Source of the DNA: Myxococcales bacterium
GTDB lineage: Bacteria; Myxococcota_A; UBA9042; JABWCM01; BTVJ01
DNA length: 64,000 nucleotides
Assembly (NCBI GenBank): GCA_045863395.1
Contig: BTVJ01000002.1
Location: 64,001 to 128,000 of the forward strand
Reading direction: 5' to 3'
Shown here: positions 1-9,560 of the stretch, one piece after another
Position numbering within the stretch: position 1 is the stretch's first letter
Layout: the number at the start of each line of letters is the position of its first letter
Position numbers and translations under genes: made by a program
The notes under the pieces: model-generated
Told to the model about the DNA's origin: nothing
The model's input: the letters and a program-made list of their open reading frames with translations, nothing else
Databases searched by the model: none

Positions 1-1340
1 AGGGGCGCGGGTCGCGAACGGCGCGCTTCTCTGAGCCTCACGAGGCACCTCCGCAGCGCCTCGGGGTCTCGGGGCCCTCGCGCCGCGTGCAGGATCGTCC
101 GCCCCTCGAAGTTGCCGCGCTCGGTGACGGCCGACCACTCCTCGACGTGGGCCGCCTCGGACCCCAGGACCTCCCGCAGCTCGTCCGGCGTCCACGTGAA
201 GAACCAGCCCTCCTCCAGGTGGCCGTCCGGGGTCCTGCTGTCGGCGTCCGTCGCCGACCAGAGGCCCCCGCAGGGATCCACCATCTCGCGGACCAGGTAG
301 TCCAGGGTGTCGCGGGCCACGTCCGCATGGCGCTCGTCGCCCGTCACGGCCCACGCGTGCAAGTAGGCGCTGGCGAGCTGCGCGTTGTCGTAGAGCATCT
401 TCTCGAAGTGCGGCACGAGCCAACGCCCGTCCACGGAGTAGCGGTGGAAGCCGCCCCCGGCGTGGTCGCGCATCCCGCCCGCCGCCATCCGATCCAGGGT
501 GTGCACCGCCATGGAGAGAGCGCCGGGGTCACGACGTCCCGCGTGGAGCAAGGCCTCGATCAGCGACGGCTGGGGGAACTTGGGCGGCCCCCCGAAGCCC
601 CCATGCGTGCGGTCATACACCCCGGCCAGCTCCGCCGTCAGGCGCCCGAGCACCTCCGGCCCCGGCAGGTCACCGGGGCGTGCGCGGCGCAGGCGGTCGT
701 CGATCTCTTGCGCGACCCGGCGCCCGTGCTCCACGACGCGCGCACGATCCCCCCTCCAGGTATGCTCAAGCGCCTGGAGGATGGTCAGGAACCCGTGCGG
801 CGAGCCCCGGTCCCCGTCGCGGGCCGGGAAGTACGTCCCCCCGAAGAAGGGCTCCCGGTCGTGGGTCAGCACGGTGGTCATGGGCCAGCCCCCATGACCC
901 GTCATCATCTGCACTGCGGCCATGTAGACCGCGTCCACGTCGGGGCGCTGCTCCCGGTCCACCTTGATGGCCACGTAGTTGGAGTTGACATAATCAGCGA
1001 TCTCCGGGTCCTCGAAGGACTCCACCTCCATGACGTGGCACCAGTGGCAGGTGGCGTACCCGATGCTCAGGAGGACCGGGCGGTCCAGGGCTCGTGCCAA
1101 CGCAAACGCCTCGTCCCCCCAGGGGTGCCAGTCCACGGGGTTGTGGGCGTGCTGAAGCAGATACGGGCTGCTCTCGCGCACGAGGCGGTTCGTCCAGCGG
1201 GGGCCTCCGTCAGGTCGCAGGTGGTGGGTGCGAGGCGCGTAGCCGGGCCCCATGGCGGCGAGCGCCCGGTCCAGCTCCCCCCGAAGCCCCGCAGGCCACT
1301 CCGGCGCCCCGGGGGGCACCGTCCATCGGATGTCGCTCAT
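1..1340 (-). CDS. Thioredoxin-domain protein, YyaL/DUF255 (SSP411) family; 3' end runs off the window
   Basis: Not in the ORF track because it has no stop in the window. Manual translation from ATG 1340 (GAGGGAG RBS upstream) gives [50 protein letters not shown] and GGWPMT, all typical YyaL motifs. Confidence 0.92.
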   Translation of the reverse strand, partial: MSDIRWTVPPGAPEWPAGLRGELDRALAAMGPGYAPRTHHLRPDGGPRWTNRLVRESSPYLLQHAHNPVDWHPWGDEAFALARALDRPVLLSIGYATCHWCHVMEVESFEDPEIADYVNSNYVAIKVDREQRPDVDAVYMAAVQMMTGHGGWPMTTVLTHDREPFFGGTYFPARDGDRGSPHGFLTILQALEHTWRGDRARVVEHGRRVAQEIDDRLRRARPGDLPGPEVLGRLTAELAGVYDRTHGGFGGPPKFPQPSLIEALLHAGRRDPGALSMAVHTLDRMAAGGMRDHAGGGFHRYSVDGRWLVPHFEKMLYDNAQLASAYLHAWAVTGDERHADVARDTLDYLVREMVDPCGGLWSATDADSRTPDGHLEEGWFFTWTPDELREVLGSEAAHVEEWSAVTERGNFEGRTILHAARGPRDPEALRRCLVRLREARRSRPAP

Positions 1341-1389
1341 GTCGCTCCCTCTATCATCTGTAAATGGGGACCGCGTGGGTCCGCGTTGC

Positions 1390-1417
1390 AGCCTATCCGT
1401 CCGCCCCTGGGCGTCAA
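1390..1417 (-). promoter_or_regulatory. Candidate sigma70 promoter for the YyaL gene (TTGACG-16-TAGGCT)
   Basis: Plus strand reads cgtcaa at 1412-1417 and agccta at 1390-1395, about 50 bp upstream of the start. Confidence 0.5.
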
Positions 1418-1495
1418 GCCCCCAGATCGGCTCGGCGAGTCGACTCCCGAGTCGGGTTGGCGTCGGGTCCCCCATTGACCGTATGATGCGCCCCG

Positions 1496-2548
1496 ATGAC
1501 GCGAGCACCTCTCATCGCCCTCCTGCTCCTCGCTGGCTGCGCCTCCACCCTCTCACGGCCCTTCCCGCCGCCGACGCCCGGTTGGGAGGCCGCGTCCCGC
1601 ATGGAGCTGGTCTGGCGCTACCGGGTCACGGCGGAGGAGGGCACCCGCAAGGTGCGCTTCGTCGTCCTGCTCCCCCAGACGATGCCGCGGCGGCAGGTCG
1701 TGAGCGGCCTGGACTTCGACCCGGAGCCGACCCGTATCTACAGCCAGGGACGGGACCAGTATGCCGAGTACGTGCTCCAGCAGCCGCCTCCCGAGACGGC
1801 GCTCACCGTGCGCGCGTTCGTGGAGCTCGCGCGCCCCGACCTGGCGACTGCGGCCCGCCGGGGGGCCGTCTCTGACGACGACGTCCCGGGCGACACGTTG
1901 GGTCCCGAGGACCACATCGAATCCGACGATCCCGACATCGTGGCCGCAGCGTCGTCCATCCCGGGCGACGACCCGGTGCGCGTCGTCCGGGGCGTCCTCT
2001 CGTGGCTCTCGAAGCACATGAAGTACGGCGGCTTCCAGTCCCGGGAGCTGGGCGCCCGGGGCGCCTTCACGGAGCGGAGCGGCGACTGCACGGACTACGC
2101 CGACCTCTTCGTGGCGCTCTGCCGCGCCCGGGGAGTCCCCGCGCGGGTCGCCAAGGGCATCGTCACGGAGTTTGGCGACGACACCTCCAAGCACTCCTGG
2201 GCGGAGGCCTGGCTCCCTCCGCTCGGGTGGGTCGCCTTCGATCCACTCTGGGTGGACCTGGGCAAGGCGACGGCGGACACCCTCAAGGCGGTCTATCTCA
2301 CGCTCTCCTACAAGCGCTCGGACCCGGAGCTCGACGGCTACCACGACTGGGTCTACTGGTACTGGGGTGGGCGGGCCAAAGTGGAGGAGACCCTCGACGT
2401 GCTGCGGCCCCTGGCGAGCGGGCCCGTCAGGTTCGTGGCTCGAGGAGAGTGCGCACCTCCCACAGCAGGGGGAAGCACTTCTTCTGCGTCGTCTGGCGCA
2501 GGTAGCCGACCCCGCTCGACCCTCCCGTCCCCCGCTTGTGGCCGATGA
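1496..2548 (+). CDS. Transglutaminase-like domain lipoprotein
   Basis: Lipobox LLLAGC; triad motifs GDCTDYA, HSWAE and WVAFDP. Confidence 0.85.
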   Translation: MTRAPLIALLLLAGCASTLSRPFPPPTPGWEAASRMELVWRYRVTAEEGTRKVRFVVLLPQTMPRRQVVSGLDFDPEPTRIYSQGRDQYAEYVLQQPPPETALTVRAFVELARPDLATAARRGAVSDDDVPGDTLGPEDHIESDDPDIVAAASSIPGDDPVRVVRGVLSWLSKHMKYGGFQSRELGARGAFTERSGDCTDYADLFVALCRARGVPARVAKGIVTEFGDDTSKHSWAEAWLPPLGWVAFDPLWVDLGKATADTLKAVYLTLSYKRSDPELDGYHDWVYWYWGGRAKVEETLDVLRPLASGPVRFVARGECAPPTAGGSTSSASSGAGSRPRSTLPSPACGR

Positions 2549-3293
2549 TCCGCTCCACCACCTGGACGTGGTGCTCGCGCCAGAGAGACAGATACTCGTC
2601 CAACTCGATGAGGGACTCGCCCAGCAGGTAGAGCGGCAGGTCCTTCTCTGGGTCGCTCCAGATGCCCCGCAAGACGTCGAGGACCATCCCGCGTGCCTCC
2701 TCGTCGCCCGCGTCGCACCGCGCGACGGCGTCCTCCGGGATGGGGTGGCCGAGGTCTCTGAGCATGTCGTAGAAGCAGGTCCGCAGATCGGGGTCGGCCA
2801 GGCGCTGCTCAAGGCGCCGCAGCTCGTCGGGGCGGTTGCGGAAGAAGCGCAGGTAGCGCTCGTCCTTCAGGCCCGCGGCGAACTCCACCTCCCGAAACTG
2901 CACCGATTGAAACCCGCTCGCCGGCATGAGCCGGTGCCGGAACTGCAGGAACTCGGCGGGGGTCATGGTCTCCAGGATGTGGATCTGCGGCACGAGGTTC
3001 CGCAGGATCTCCACCACCCGCGCCACGAAGTGCCGCGCCCGCAGGACGGCCCCCTGCCGCATGAAGCCCATGGCAGACCCGAGCTCGTGCAGGATGAGCT
3101 TGAACCAGAGCTCGTAGGACTGGTGGATCACGATGAAGAGCATCTCGTCGTGGTGCGCCGGTTCGCTGACCGGCCGCTGGAGGGCGAGCAGCTCGGGCAC
3201 CTTCAGGTAGTCGTTGTAGGTCAGGTCCGCGCGCTCGCGGACGGCGGGCTCGTCGGGGATGGGCAGCCTGTCGTTTCCCGTCGGTTCGCTCAT
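2427..3293 (-). CDS. kynA: Tryptophan 2,3-dioxygenase
   Basis: LTYNDYL, HDEMLFIVIHQSYELWFK, ASGFQSVQFR, WREHH and [16 protein letters not shown] motifs. Confidence 0.95.
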   Translation of the reverse strand: MSEPTGNDRLPIPDEPAVRERADLTYNDYLKVPELLALQRPVSEPAHHDEMLFIVIHQSYELWFKLILHELGSAMGFMRQGAVLRARHFVARVVEILRNLVPQIHILETMTPAEFLQFRHRLMPASGFQSVQFREVEFAAGLKDERYLRFFRNRPDELRRLEQRLADPDLRTCFYDMLRDLGHPIPEDAVARCDAGDEEARGMVLDVLRGIWSDPEKDLPLYLLGESLIELDEYLSLWREHHVQVVERIIGHKRGTGGSSGVGYLRQTTQKKCFPLLWEVRTLLEPRT

Positions 3294-3391
3294 GATCGTC
3301 TCCCTGCCGTAAGGGCGGCCACGCTACCACAGCGGCGCCCGCTTGGGGAATGGCGGCACGATCCTGTATCCTGGGCTCCGCGGAGGTTGGA

Positions 3392-6300
3392 GTGGTCGGA
3401 GCGCTCGGCAGGCGGTTGGGGGGTGTCGTCGCAGGCGCGGTCCTGCTGCTCGGCTGCGAGCCGCCCCCCGCTGCGCCGGCCCAGCCATCCGCGCCCCTCG
3501 CTACCGTCGAGGCGGGCCTCTGCGGCACCTGCAACTACCCCTACGTGGGCTTCCTGCCGAAGCTCCCCTACCCGGCGGGCACGGCCCTCGGCCTGAGCCA
3601 GAGCTGGTGCTGCCAGTGCAACGGCTGCGCCGACTGCGGGGGGCACACGGGCCCGAGCTCCTACGGGCTCGACTTCGACATGAGCGGCGGCGACGACTGC
3701 GGCATCCACGTCCTCGCCGTCATGGCGGGCACCGTCTCCAAGGTGCGCACGGACGTGACCTGCTCCGGGTGCGCCTCGGAGGGGCTCGGCAACTGGGTGC
3801 TGATCGATCACGGCGGCGGGGTCTACAGCCGCTACGGCCACCTGGCCGCGGGCTCCGTCAAGGTCGCCCCAGGGCAGACCGTGTGCCAGGGCCAGCACCT
3901 CGCGGCGTTTGGAGCCACCGGGCAGGCCGCGAGCTGCCAGCTCCACTTCCAGCTCGAGGACGCGTCCGGGGCGTCCATCCCCTTCAGCAAGTTCGCCGAG
4001 ACCCCGGCGGTGCCCATCTGCAATACGGCGTCCAACCCCTACGTGTCCAAGAACGCGGAGGTGGCGGCCTGCGGGGAGCCGGCCCCGACGGGCTGCGGCA
4101 AGGCCGTCTCCGGGTCAGAGTGGGCGGTCATCGACGACTCGGACCCCTGCTTCGAGAAGAAGAACACCTGGTACGCGCAGGCGCTCGGTCACATGGGTGG
4201 GAGCCACTTCACCTACTCGTGGGGCGGAGCCCAGACCCCCGACACGGGCCCGAACGGGGGCACGCCGGACTCGGTCGCCCAGTGGTCGATCCAGTCCCAG
4301 GGCGCGGGGCAGTATGAGGTGCAGGTGTATCTGCCGAGCGGCGGGGCGTCCAGCGTCCAGACCAAGTACGAGGTCTCCGCCGGCGGGAGCAAGGCCTGGA
4401 AGACCATCGACCAGTCCAAGGGGGCCGATGACTGGGTTGCCTTGACCACCGTGACGGCGCAGCCATCCCAGGCCCTGGTGGTGCGCCTGACCGACACCAC
4501 CGGCGAGCCGCAGCTCTCCAAGAAGATCGTCGCGGACGCGGTGCGCTTCCGCTGGGTGGGCGCCTCCTGCGACAGCCCCTGTGTCGAGGGGCAGACCGAG
4601 TGCACCAGCGGCACGGCGTGGCGCCAGTGCGAGAAGTCCGGGGGCTGCACGGTCTGGTCCGCGGCGAAGCCCTGCGACGACGGCAACCCCTGCACGAGCA
4701 ACGCCTGCGCCGGAGGCAAGTGCACGGCGACCGCGGCGAGCACCCCGTGCAACGACGGAGACCCGTGCACCGACGGAGACTCCTGCCAGGCGGGCGCCTG
4801 CGTGGGGGCGCCCAAGAGCTGCGACGACGGCGACCCCTGCACGGCGGACTCCTGCGCCGGGGGAGCCTGCGCCCACGCCCCTCTGGTCGGCGCGTGCGAC
4901 GACGGGGACCCGTGCACGCTCAACGACACGTGCGGGGTTGGCGGGTGCGTCGGGACCTCCCTCGGGTGCACCGACGGCAACCCCTGCACCATCGACGGGT
5001 GCGTGGGCACGGAGTGCGTCTTCACTCCGACCAGCGCCGCCTGCGACGACGGAGACCCCTGCACGGCGGGCGACACCTGCGCCAGTGGCGCCTGTGTCGG
5101 TCAGCCCGTGTCCTGCGAGGCGTGGGAGGACCTCTGCAACGACGCAGAGTGCATCGCGGGCGCCTGCCAGCCAGTTCCCTTGACCGACGCCCCCTGCGAC
5201 GACGGCGACGCCTGCACGACCGGCGACACCTGCAAGGGCGGCCAGTGCCTGGGGGCGCCGAAGGACTGCTCGGCGCTGGCAGACCCGTGCAACCAGGGGG
5301 TGTGCAAGGGCGGGTCGTGTACGACCAAGCCCCTCTGGGTGCCCTGTGACGACAAGGACCCCTGCACGCTGGCGGACTTCTGCATCATGGGCGAGTGCAA
5401 GGGCAAGCCGCTGGACTGCGCCGGCCAGAGCGATCTCTGCGGCCAGGGGCTGTGCTGGAAGGGGGCGTGCGTCAAGGTGCCTCTGGTGGACGCGCCCTGC
5501 GACGACGGGCGGGACTGCACGGCAGATGACCGCTGCAGCGGCGGCGCCTGCGTGGGGAGCGTCGTGACCCCGTGCTGCGCCACCGACTGGGACTGCAACG
5601 ACGGGGTAGGGTGCACGGTGGACCACTGCCTCCCGGACGGCGGCTGCCAGAGCAAGGCGGTGAAGGCACCATTCTGCTGCGCGACGGACGCCGCCTGCGC
5701 CACGGGGGACCCCTGCGTCATCGGGCGCTGCGAGGGGGGAGCTTGCGTGACGGAGGTCGTGTGGCCCCCCGCCTGCTGCCACGTGGACGCCGAGTGCGAC
5801 GATGGCAACCCCGTGACCATGGACGTGTGCTCCGGCTCCGCCTGCGTGGGCAAGCCCTGGCCGGGCGCCTGCGTCGCCGACGGGGACTGCGCCGCGAAGG
5901 GCCCGTGCGTGACCCTGAGCTGCGTGGCGGGGACGTGCGCCGCTGTCTCCAAGGAGGGGTGCTGCCTGGCGGACGCCCACTGCGACGACGGGGTCTCCTG
6001 CACGGTGGACCGTTGCGTCGACGGCGCGTGCGTCAACGAGAGCGCGTGCTGCAGGGAGGACTCGGCCTGCGACGACGGCGACGACTGCACGAAGGACGCG
6101 TGCGTGCAGGGCACCTGCATCCACGCGGGCGCCTGCTGCGCCGTCGACGAGGGCTGTGACGACGGTGACCCTTGCACGATCGACCGGTGCGTCGGTGGGG
6201 CTTGCGTCTTCGACCCTCCAGGCTGCGAGGGCGCCTGCAGTGAGGACGGCTGCTGCGGCGTGTGCGCGGTGGGCTCCGCCTGCGAGCAGGGCGCCTGCGT

Positions 6301-6838
6301 GGCGGCCGGGTGCGCCGGGCTCCCGCCCGGGGGGCTGTGCGATGGGAGCATCCTGCGGACCTGTGTGGACGGGCAGGTGGTCTCGGTGAGCTGCGCCGGC
6401 CAGGGCCTCGGCTGCGGCGTCGACCCGTCCGGGGCCGCGACGTGCTGCGCCCCGAGCTGCGTGGGCCGCGCGTGCGGGGACGACGGCTGCGGCGGCTCCT
6501 GCGGCTCCTGCCCCGCCGGGATGAGGTGCAACGAGCACGCCTGCGAGCACCTGAGCTTCCCGCTGCCGGGGGCCTCGGGGGAGGGCGACGCCGGGGGGCC
6601 GGATGCCGCCGCCGTGGACGCCGCGGGGACCTGGCAGCCCCCGGTGGTCGAGCAGGAGGCCACGGCGCCGACTGGCGACGACGGGGGCTGTGCCGCGAGT
6701 GGCGGCTCGGCCGCGCCAATTGCCGTGTGGGCGATGCTCGGCCTCGCACGGATCCTTGGGGCCCGGCGGCGACGCACCGGCGAGTCGGGGCGCGGCCGGC
6801 TACCCTCCTCCCCGGGGACCGGTGCGCCTGGGAAGTGA
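3392..6838 (+). CDS. Surface protein: M23 peptidase-like domain, golvesin/CBM-like domain, Cys-rich repeats and MYXO-CTERM-like tail (alternative start 3350)
   Basis: GGAGG then GTG 3392; lipobox LLLGC; HTG..YGLDF, GNWVLIDH, YGHL and QLHFQ; ADAVRF motif; C-terminal GGC, hydrophobic segment and RRRR. Confidence 0.8.
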   Translation: MVGALGRRLGGVVAGAVLLLGCEPPPAAPAQPSAPLATVEAGLCGTCNYPYVGFLPKLPYPAGTALGLSQSWCCQCNGCADCGGHTGPSSYGLDFDMSGGDDCGIHVLAVMAGTVSKVRTDVTCSGCASEGLGNWVLIDHGGGVYSRYGHLAAGSVKVAPGQTVCQGQHLAAFGATGQAASCQLHFQLEDASGASIPFSKFAETPAVPICNTASNPYVSKNAEVAACGEPAPTGCGKAVSGSEWAVIDDSDPCFEKKNTWYAQALGHMGGSHFTYSWGGAQTPDTGPNGGTPDSVAQWSIQSQGAGQYEVQVYLPSGGASSVQTKYEVSAGGSKAWKTIDQSKGADDWVALTTVTAQPSQALVVRLTDTTGEPQLSKKIVADAVRFRWVGASCDSPCVEGQTECTSGTAWRQCEKSGGCTVWSAAKPCDDGNPCTSNACAGGKCTATAASTPCNDGDPCTDGDSCQAGACVGAPKSCDDGDPCTADSCAGGACAHAPLVGACDDGDPCTLNDTCGVGGCVGTSLGCTDGNPCTIDGCVGTECVFTPTSAACDDGDPCTAGDTCASGACVGQPVSCEAWEDLCNDAECIAGACQPVPLTDAPCDDGDACTTGDTCKGGQCLGAPKDCSALADPCNQGVCKGGSCTTKPLWVPCDDKDPCTLADFCIMGECKGKPLDCAGQSDLCGQGLCWKGACVKVPLVDAPCDDGRDCTADDRCSGGACVGSVVTPCCATDWDCNDGVGCTVDHCLPDGGCQSKAVKAPFCCATDAACATGDPCVIGRCEGGACVTEVVWPPACCHVDAECDDGNPVTMDVCSGSACVGKPWPGACVADGDCAAKGPCVTLSCVAGTCAAVSKEGCCLADAHCDDGVSCTVDRCVDGACVNESACCREDSACDDGDDCTKDACVQGTCIHAGACCAVDEGCDDGDPCTIDRCVGGACVFDPPGCEGACSEDGCCGVCAVGSACEQGACVAAGCAGLPPGGLCDGSILRTCVDGQVVSVSCAGQGLGCGVDPSGAATCCAPSCVGRACGDDGCGGSCGSCPAGMRCNEHACEHLSFPLPGASGEGDAGGPDAAAVDAAGTWQPPVVEQEATAPTGDDGGCAASGGSAAPIAVWAMLGLARILGARRRRTGESGRGRLPSSPGTGAPGK
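4673..6178 (+). repeat. Coding repeats CDDGDPCT-x-D-x-C (about 15 canonical copies plus variants)
   Basis: Repeated C[DN]DG[DN]PCT units in the translation; degenerate at DNA level. Confidence 0.85.
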
Positions 6839-7008
6839 CTGGGGCCGAGCAGTGTTGAAGCGCCGGCTGCGGGGTCCCGCGGAGTCAGTGATCGCGACCG
6901 ATGCACCCGCTGGGAGCGTCGGCGGTCGCTCGGGAGGGTGAGCGGGGGCTTGACGCGCCTCGCCGGCGCTTGCTACTCGTAGCCCCCCTTCCGACCCGAG
7001 GAGGAGTC

Positions 7009-8535
7009 ATGGCGAAGCTCGACAGCAGAGGCGGCGACCGCATCGACCGGGAGATCGGGATTCTGATCGGGCTCGCGGTCCTCGCCCTCTTCGTGGTGCT
7101 CGGCTTCTGGACCGCCCGCAAGGAGTCTGCGCCGATCAGTGGGCCTGTCGCAGTCGCGCCGGCGCCCGCGTCGGCCCCCGCGTCGGCCGCACTCCCTGGC
7201 CCGACGGCGCCCACGGGGTCGGGCGGCTCGGCTGGCGGTCAGCAGATCGCCCAGGCCGCGCCCGCTCCGGCGCCCGCCCCGGTGGTCGCGCCGGCGCCCG
7301 CCCCGGTGGTCGCCCCGCCACCCGTCGCGCCCGCGCCGCCGCCGCCGGTCGCTCAGGCCCCGGCGCCCGCCGCCAACAACGCCCCGGTGGACCCGGAGCA
7401 GGTCTGGCGCGTGAAGGTGAACCCCGAGGACGCCCGCAAGGGCCCCGAGGACGCGCCGGCGACGCTCGTGGTGTTCACCGCCTTCGGCTGCGGGACCTGC
7501 ACCCCCTTCGCGGACGCCGTCGACCGCATCGTGGCAAAGCACGGCAACAAGCTCCGCGTGATCTTCAAGCACAAGGTCATCCCGATCTCGCCCTTCGCCC
7601 TCGAGGCGTCCATGGCGGCCCTGGCTGCCAAGGAGCAGGGCAAGTTCTGGGAGTATCAGGACAAGCTCTGGAAGACCAACGCGGCCCTCACGGGCGCGAC
7701 CCTCGAAGGGATCGCCACGGAGCTGGGCCTCGACCTGGCGCGCTTCAAGAAGGACGCCGCCTCGGACAAGCTGCGCAGTCAGGTCATGCGGGACTCGCTG
7801 CTCGCCAACGAGGTGGGCGCCCACAGCATGCCCAACGCGCTGGTCAACGGCGTGCGCATGGCCGGCGAGAAGTCCTACGAGAGCCTGGAGCAGGTCGTCG
7901 ACAAGGAGCTGGCCAAGGCGGAGGCGAAGATCAAGGCTGGCGCCGACCCGAAGACCCTCTATGACACCACGGTCGCCACCGGTCGGTTCTTCGAGCAGTT
8001 GGAGCCCCAGAAGTTCGCGTTCGCCAATGACGAGAGCCCGTCCCTCGGGCCCAAGGACGCCAAGGTGCAGGTCACGACCTTCGAGGACTTCGAGTGCCCC
8101 TTCTGCACGCAGGTCGGCCCCATGCTCAAGGAGTTCCAGGCGCGGTTCCCGAACGACGTGCGGATCGTATTCAAGAACTTCCCGCTGACGTCCATCCACC
8201 CCAAGGCCCAGCTCGCGTCGGAGGCCGCCATGGCCGCCCACGAGCAGGGCAAGTTCTGGGAGTATCACGACCTGCTCTTCGCCAACCAGAAGGTGCTCGA
8301 CCGCCCGGACCTGGAGCGCTACGCCGAGCAGCTCGGCCTGGACATGGGCAAGTTCCGGGCGGCGCTGGACAGCGGGAAGTGGAAGCCGTTCATGGAGCGT
8401 GAGATGGCCGACGGCGCCCGCGCGCAGGTCGGGGGGACGCCGAGCATCTTCCTCAATGGCCAGCGCTACCAGGGCCCACGTGGCTACCCTCCCGAGGGCC
8501 TCGAGGCCGTCGCCCGCACCTACCTGGGGCTCTAG
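7009..8535 (+). CDS. Membrane-anchored tandem DsbA/thioredoxin-fold protein
   Basis: GAGGAGGAG RBS before ATG 7009; one TM helix, Pro/Ala linker, two DsbA domains (CGTC..SMP and CPFC..GTP), each with QGKFWEY. Confidence 0.9.
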   Translation: MAKLDSRGGDRIDREIGILIGLAVLALFVVLGFWTARKESAPISGPVAVAPAPASAPASAALPGPTAPTGSGGSAGGQQIAQAAPAPAPAPVVAPAPAPVVAPPPVAPAPPPPVAQAPAPAANNAPVDPEQVWRVKVNPEDARKGPEDAPATLVVFTAFGCGTCTPFADAVDRIVAKHGNKLRVIFKHKVIPISPFALEASMAALAAKEQGKFWEYQDKLWKTNAALTGATLEGIATELGLDLARFKKDAASDKLRSQVMRDSLLANEVGAHSMPNALVNGVRMAGEKSYESLEQVVDKELAKAEAKIKAGADPKTLYDTTVATGRFFEQLEPQKFAFANDESPSLGPKDAKVQVTTFEDFECPFCTQVGPMLKEFQARFPNDVRIVFKNFPLTSIHPKAQLASEAAMAAHEQGKFWEYHDLLFANQKVLDRPDLERYAEQLGLDMGKFRAALDSGKWKPFMEREMADGARAQVGGTPSIFLNGQRYQGPRGYPPEGLEAVARTYLGL

Positions 8536-8537
8536 GA

Positions 8538-9560
8538 GTGGCGGGGGTCACGCTCGTCTGCCCCGTCTGCCGCCAGCCCGAGCCCGACGGCTCCCTCCCC
8601 GTGGTTCTGCTCGCCCGTCGCCCCGGGAGCGACTCCTGCGGGCGCTGCGGCGCCGTGTGGCCGAGGGTGGACGGGATCTCCTGCATCTCCCCGGATCTGG
8701 ACGCCTTCGCCCTCTCCCAGGCGCTGGCGCTGGACCTGGCGTGGCCGCCGCGGGGCACGGCGGAGGCCCTGCGCCTGTGCAAGGAGGCCGGAGACGACCC
8801 GGAGGCCGCGCTGCCCGCCCAGTACGCGCTGGCGCACTTCCCGGAGGCCGTCACTGACGCCGCGCTGGTCGACTCCCTCGATCTGCGGGGCAACGGTGGC
8901 CTGATCTCCCGAGTGCGAGGCTGGCTCGCGGGGGCCTTGGGTCGCGGGGCGATCCCTGGTCACGCTCTGGAGGTCGGCTGCGGCCCCGGGGGCCTCCTCG
9001 AGACCGTCGGGGCGCCCTTCGTCGGCGGCGTCGTGGGCTTCGATGTCCGCCTGTCCATGCTCCGCGTGGCCCGCCGCCTCCTCGGCGAGGGGGCCGTCAC
9101 GCTCCCCTTCCGTGCAGAGGGGCGCCGGTTCGTGCCCATCGAGCTGCGCCGGGAGCCGGCGTCGGTGCCCATCACGCTCGTGCAGGGGGACCTGGTGGCG
9201 CCTCCCCTCGAGGCGGAGTCCTTCCCGCTGGTCTGCGCCATGTCCCTCATCGACACGGTCCCCGACCCCGTGTTCGCCGTCGGGCAGCTCGACGCCCTGA
9301 CCGCGCCGGGTGGGCTCCTGCTGCTGGGTGCCCCGTGGCACTGGGAGCCGCGGGTGACCCACCCCGGTGCGTGGTGGTCAACGGCGCAGTCCACGGCGGA
9401 CGACGTGCTCCGAGCGGCGCTGCGTGGGGAGCACCCGGACCTCCCACACCTGCGCTACGAGCTCCTGGACCAGGCGACCGAGACGTGGTCCATCCCCGGG
9501 CACGCGCGGGTCACCCACCGCTACCGGGTGGAGCTCACGTTGGCGCGAAAGAGGGCGTAG
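8538..9560 (+). CDS. Class I SAM-dependent methyltransferase with N-terminal Trm112-like CxxC...CxxC zinc ribbon
   Basis: CPVC...CGRC..WPRVDGI; motif I LEVGCGPG; LVQGD; LTAPGGLLLL. Confidence 0.75.
   Translation: MAGVTLVCPVCRQPEPDGSLPVVLLARRPGSDSCGRCGAVWPRVDGISCISPDLDAFALSQALALDLAWPPRGTAEALRLCKEAGDDPEAALPAQYALAHFPEAVTDAALVDSLDLRGNGGLISRVRGWLAGALGRGAIPGHALEVGCGPGGLLETVGAPFVGGVVGFDVRLSMLRVARRLLGEGAVTLPFRAEGRRFVPIELRREPASVPITLVQGDLVAPPLEAESFPLVCAMSLIDTVPDPVFAVGQLDALTAPGGLLLLGAPWHWEPRVTHPGAWWSTAQSTADDVLRAALRGEHPDLPHLRYELLDQATETWSIPGHARVTHRYRVELTLARKRA

Noticed and set aside
87..1478. 463-aa plus-strand ORF
   Set aside because: Antisense shadow of the YyaL gene, which carries the recognisable motifs.
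4673..6178. Recurring TGCGACGACGG...CCCTGCAC units as a possible CRISPR or DNA array
   Set aside because: In-frame and degenerate at third positions; these are protein repeats.
4115..6906. Long minus-strand ORFs (811 and 601 aa)
   Set aside because: Shadows of the Cys-repeat gene; stop-free frames are expected at this GC content.
6950..6980. TTGACG upstream of the DsbA gene as a promoter
   Set aside because: No convincing -10 hexamer at 16-18 bp.
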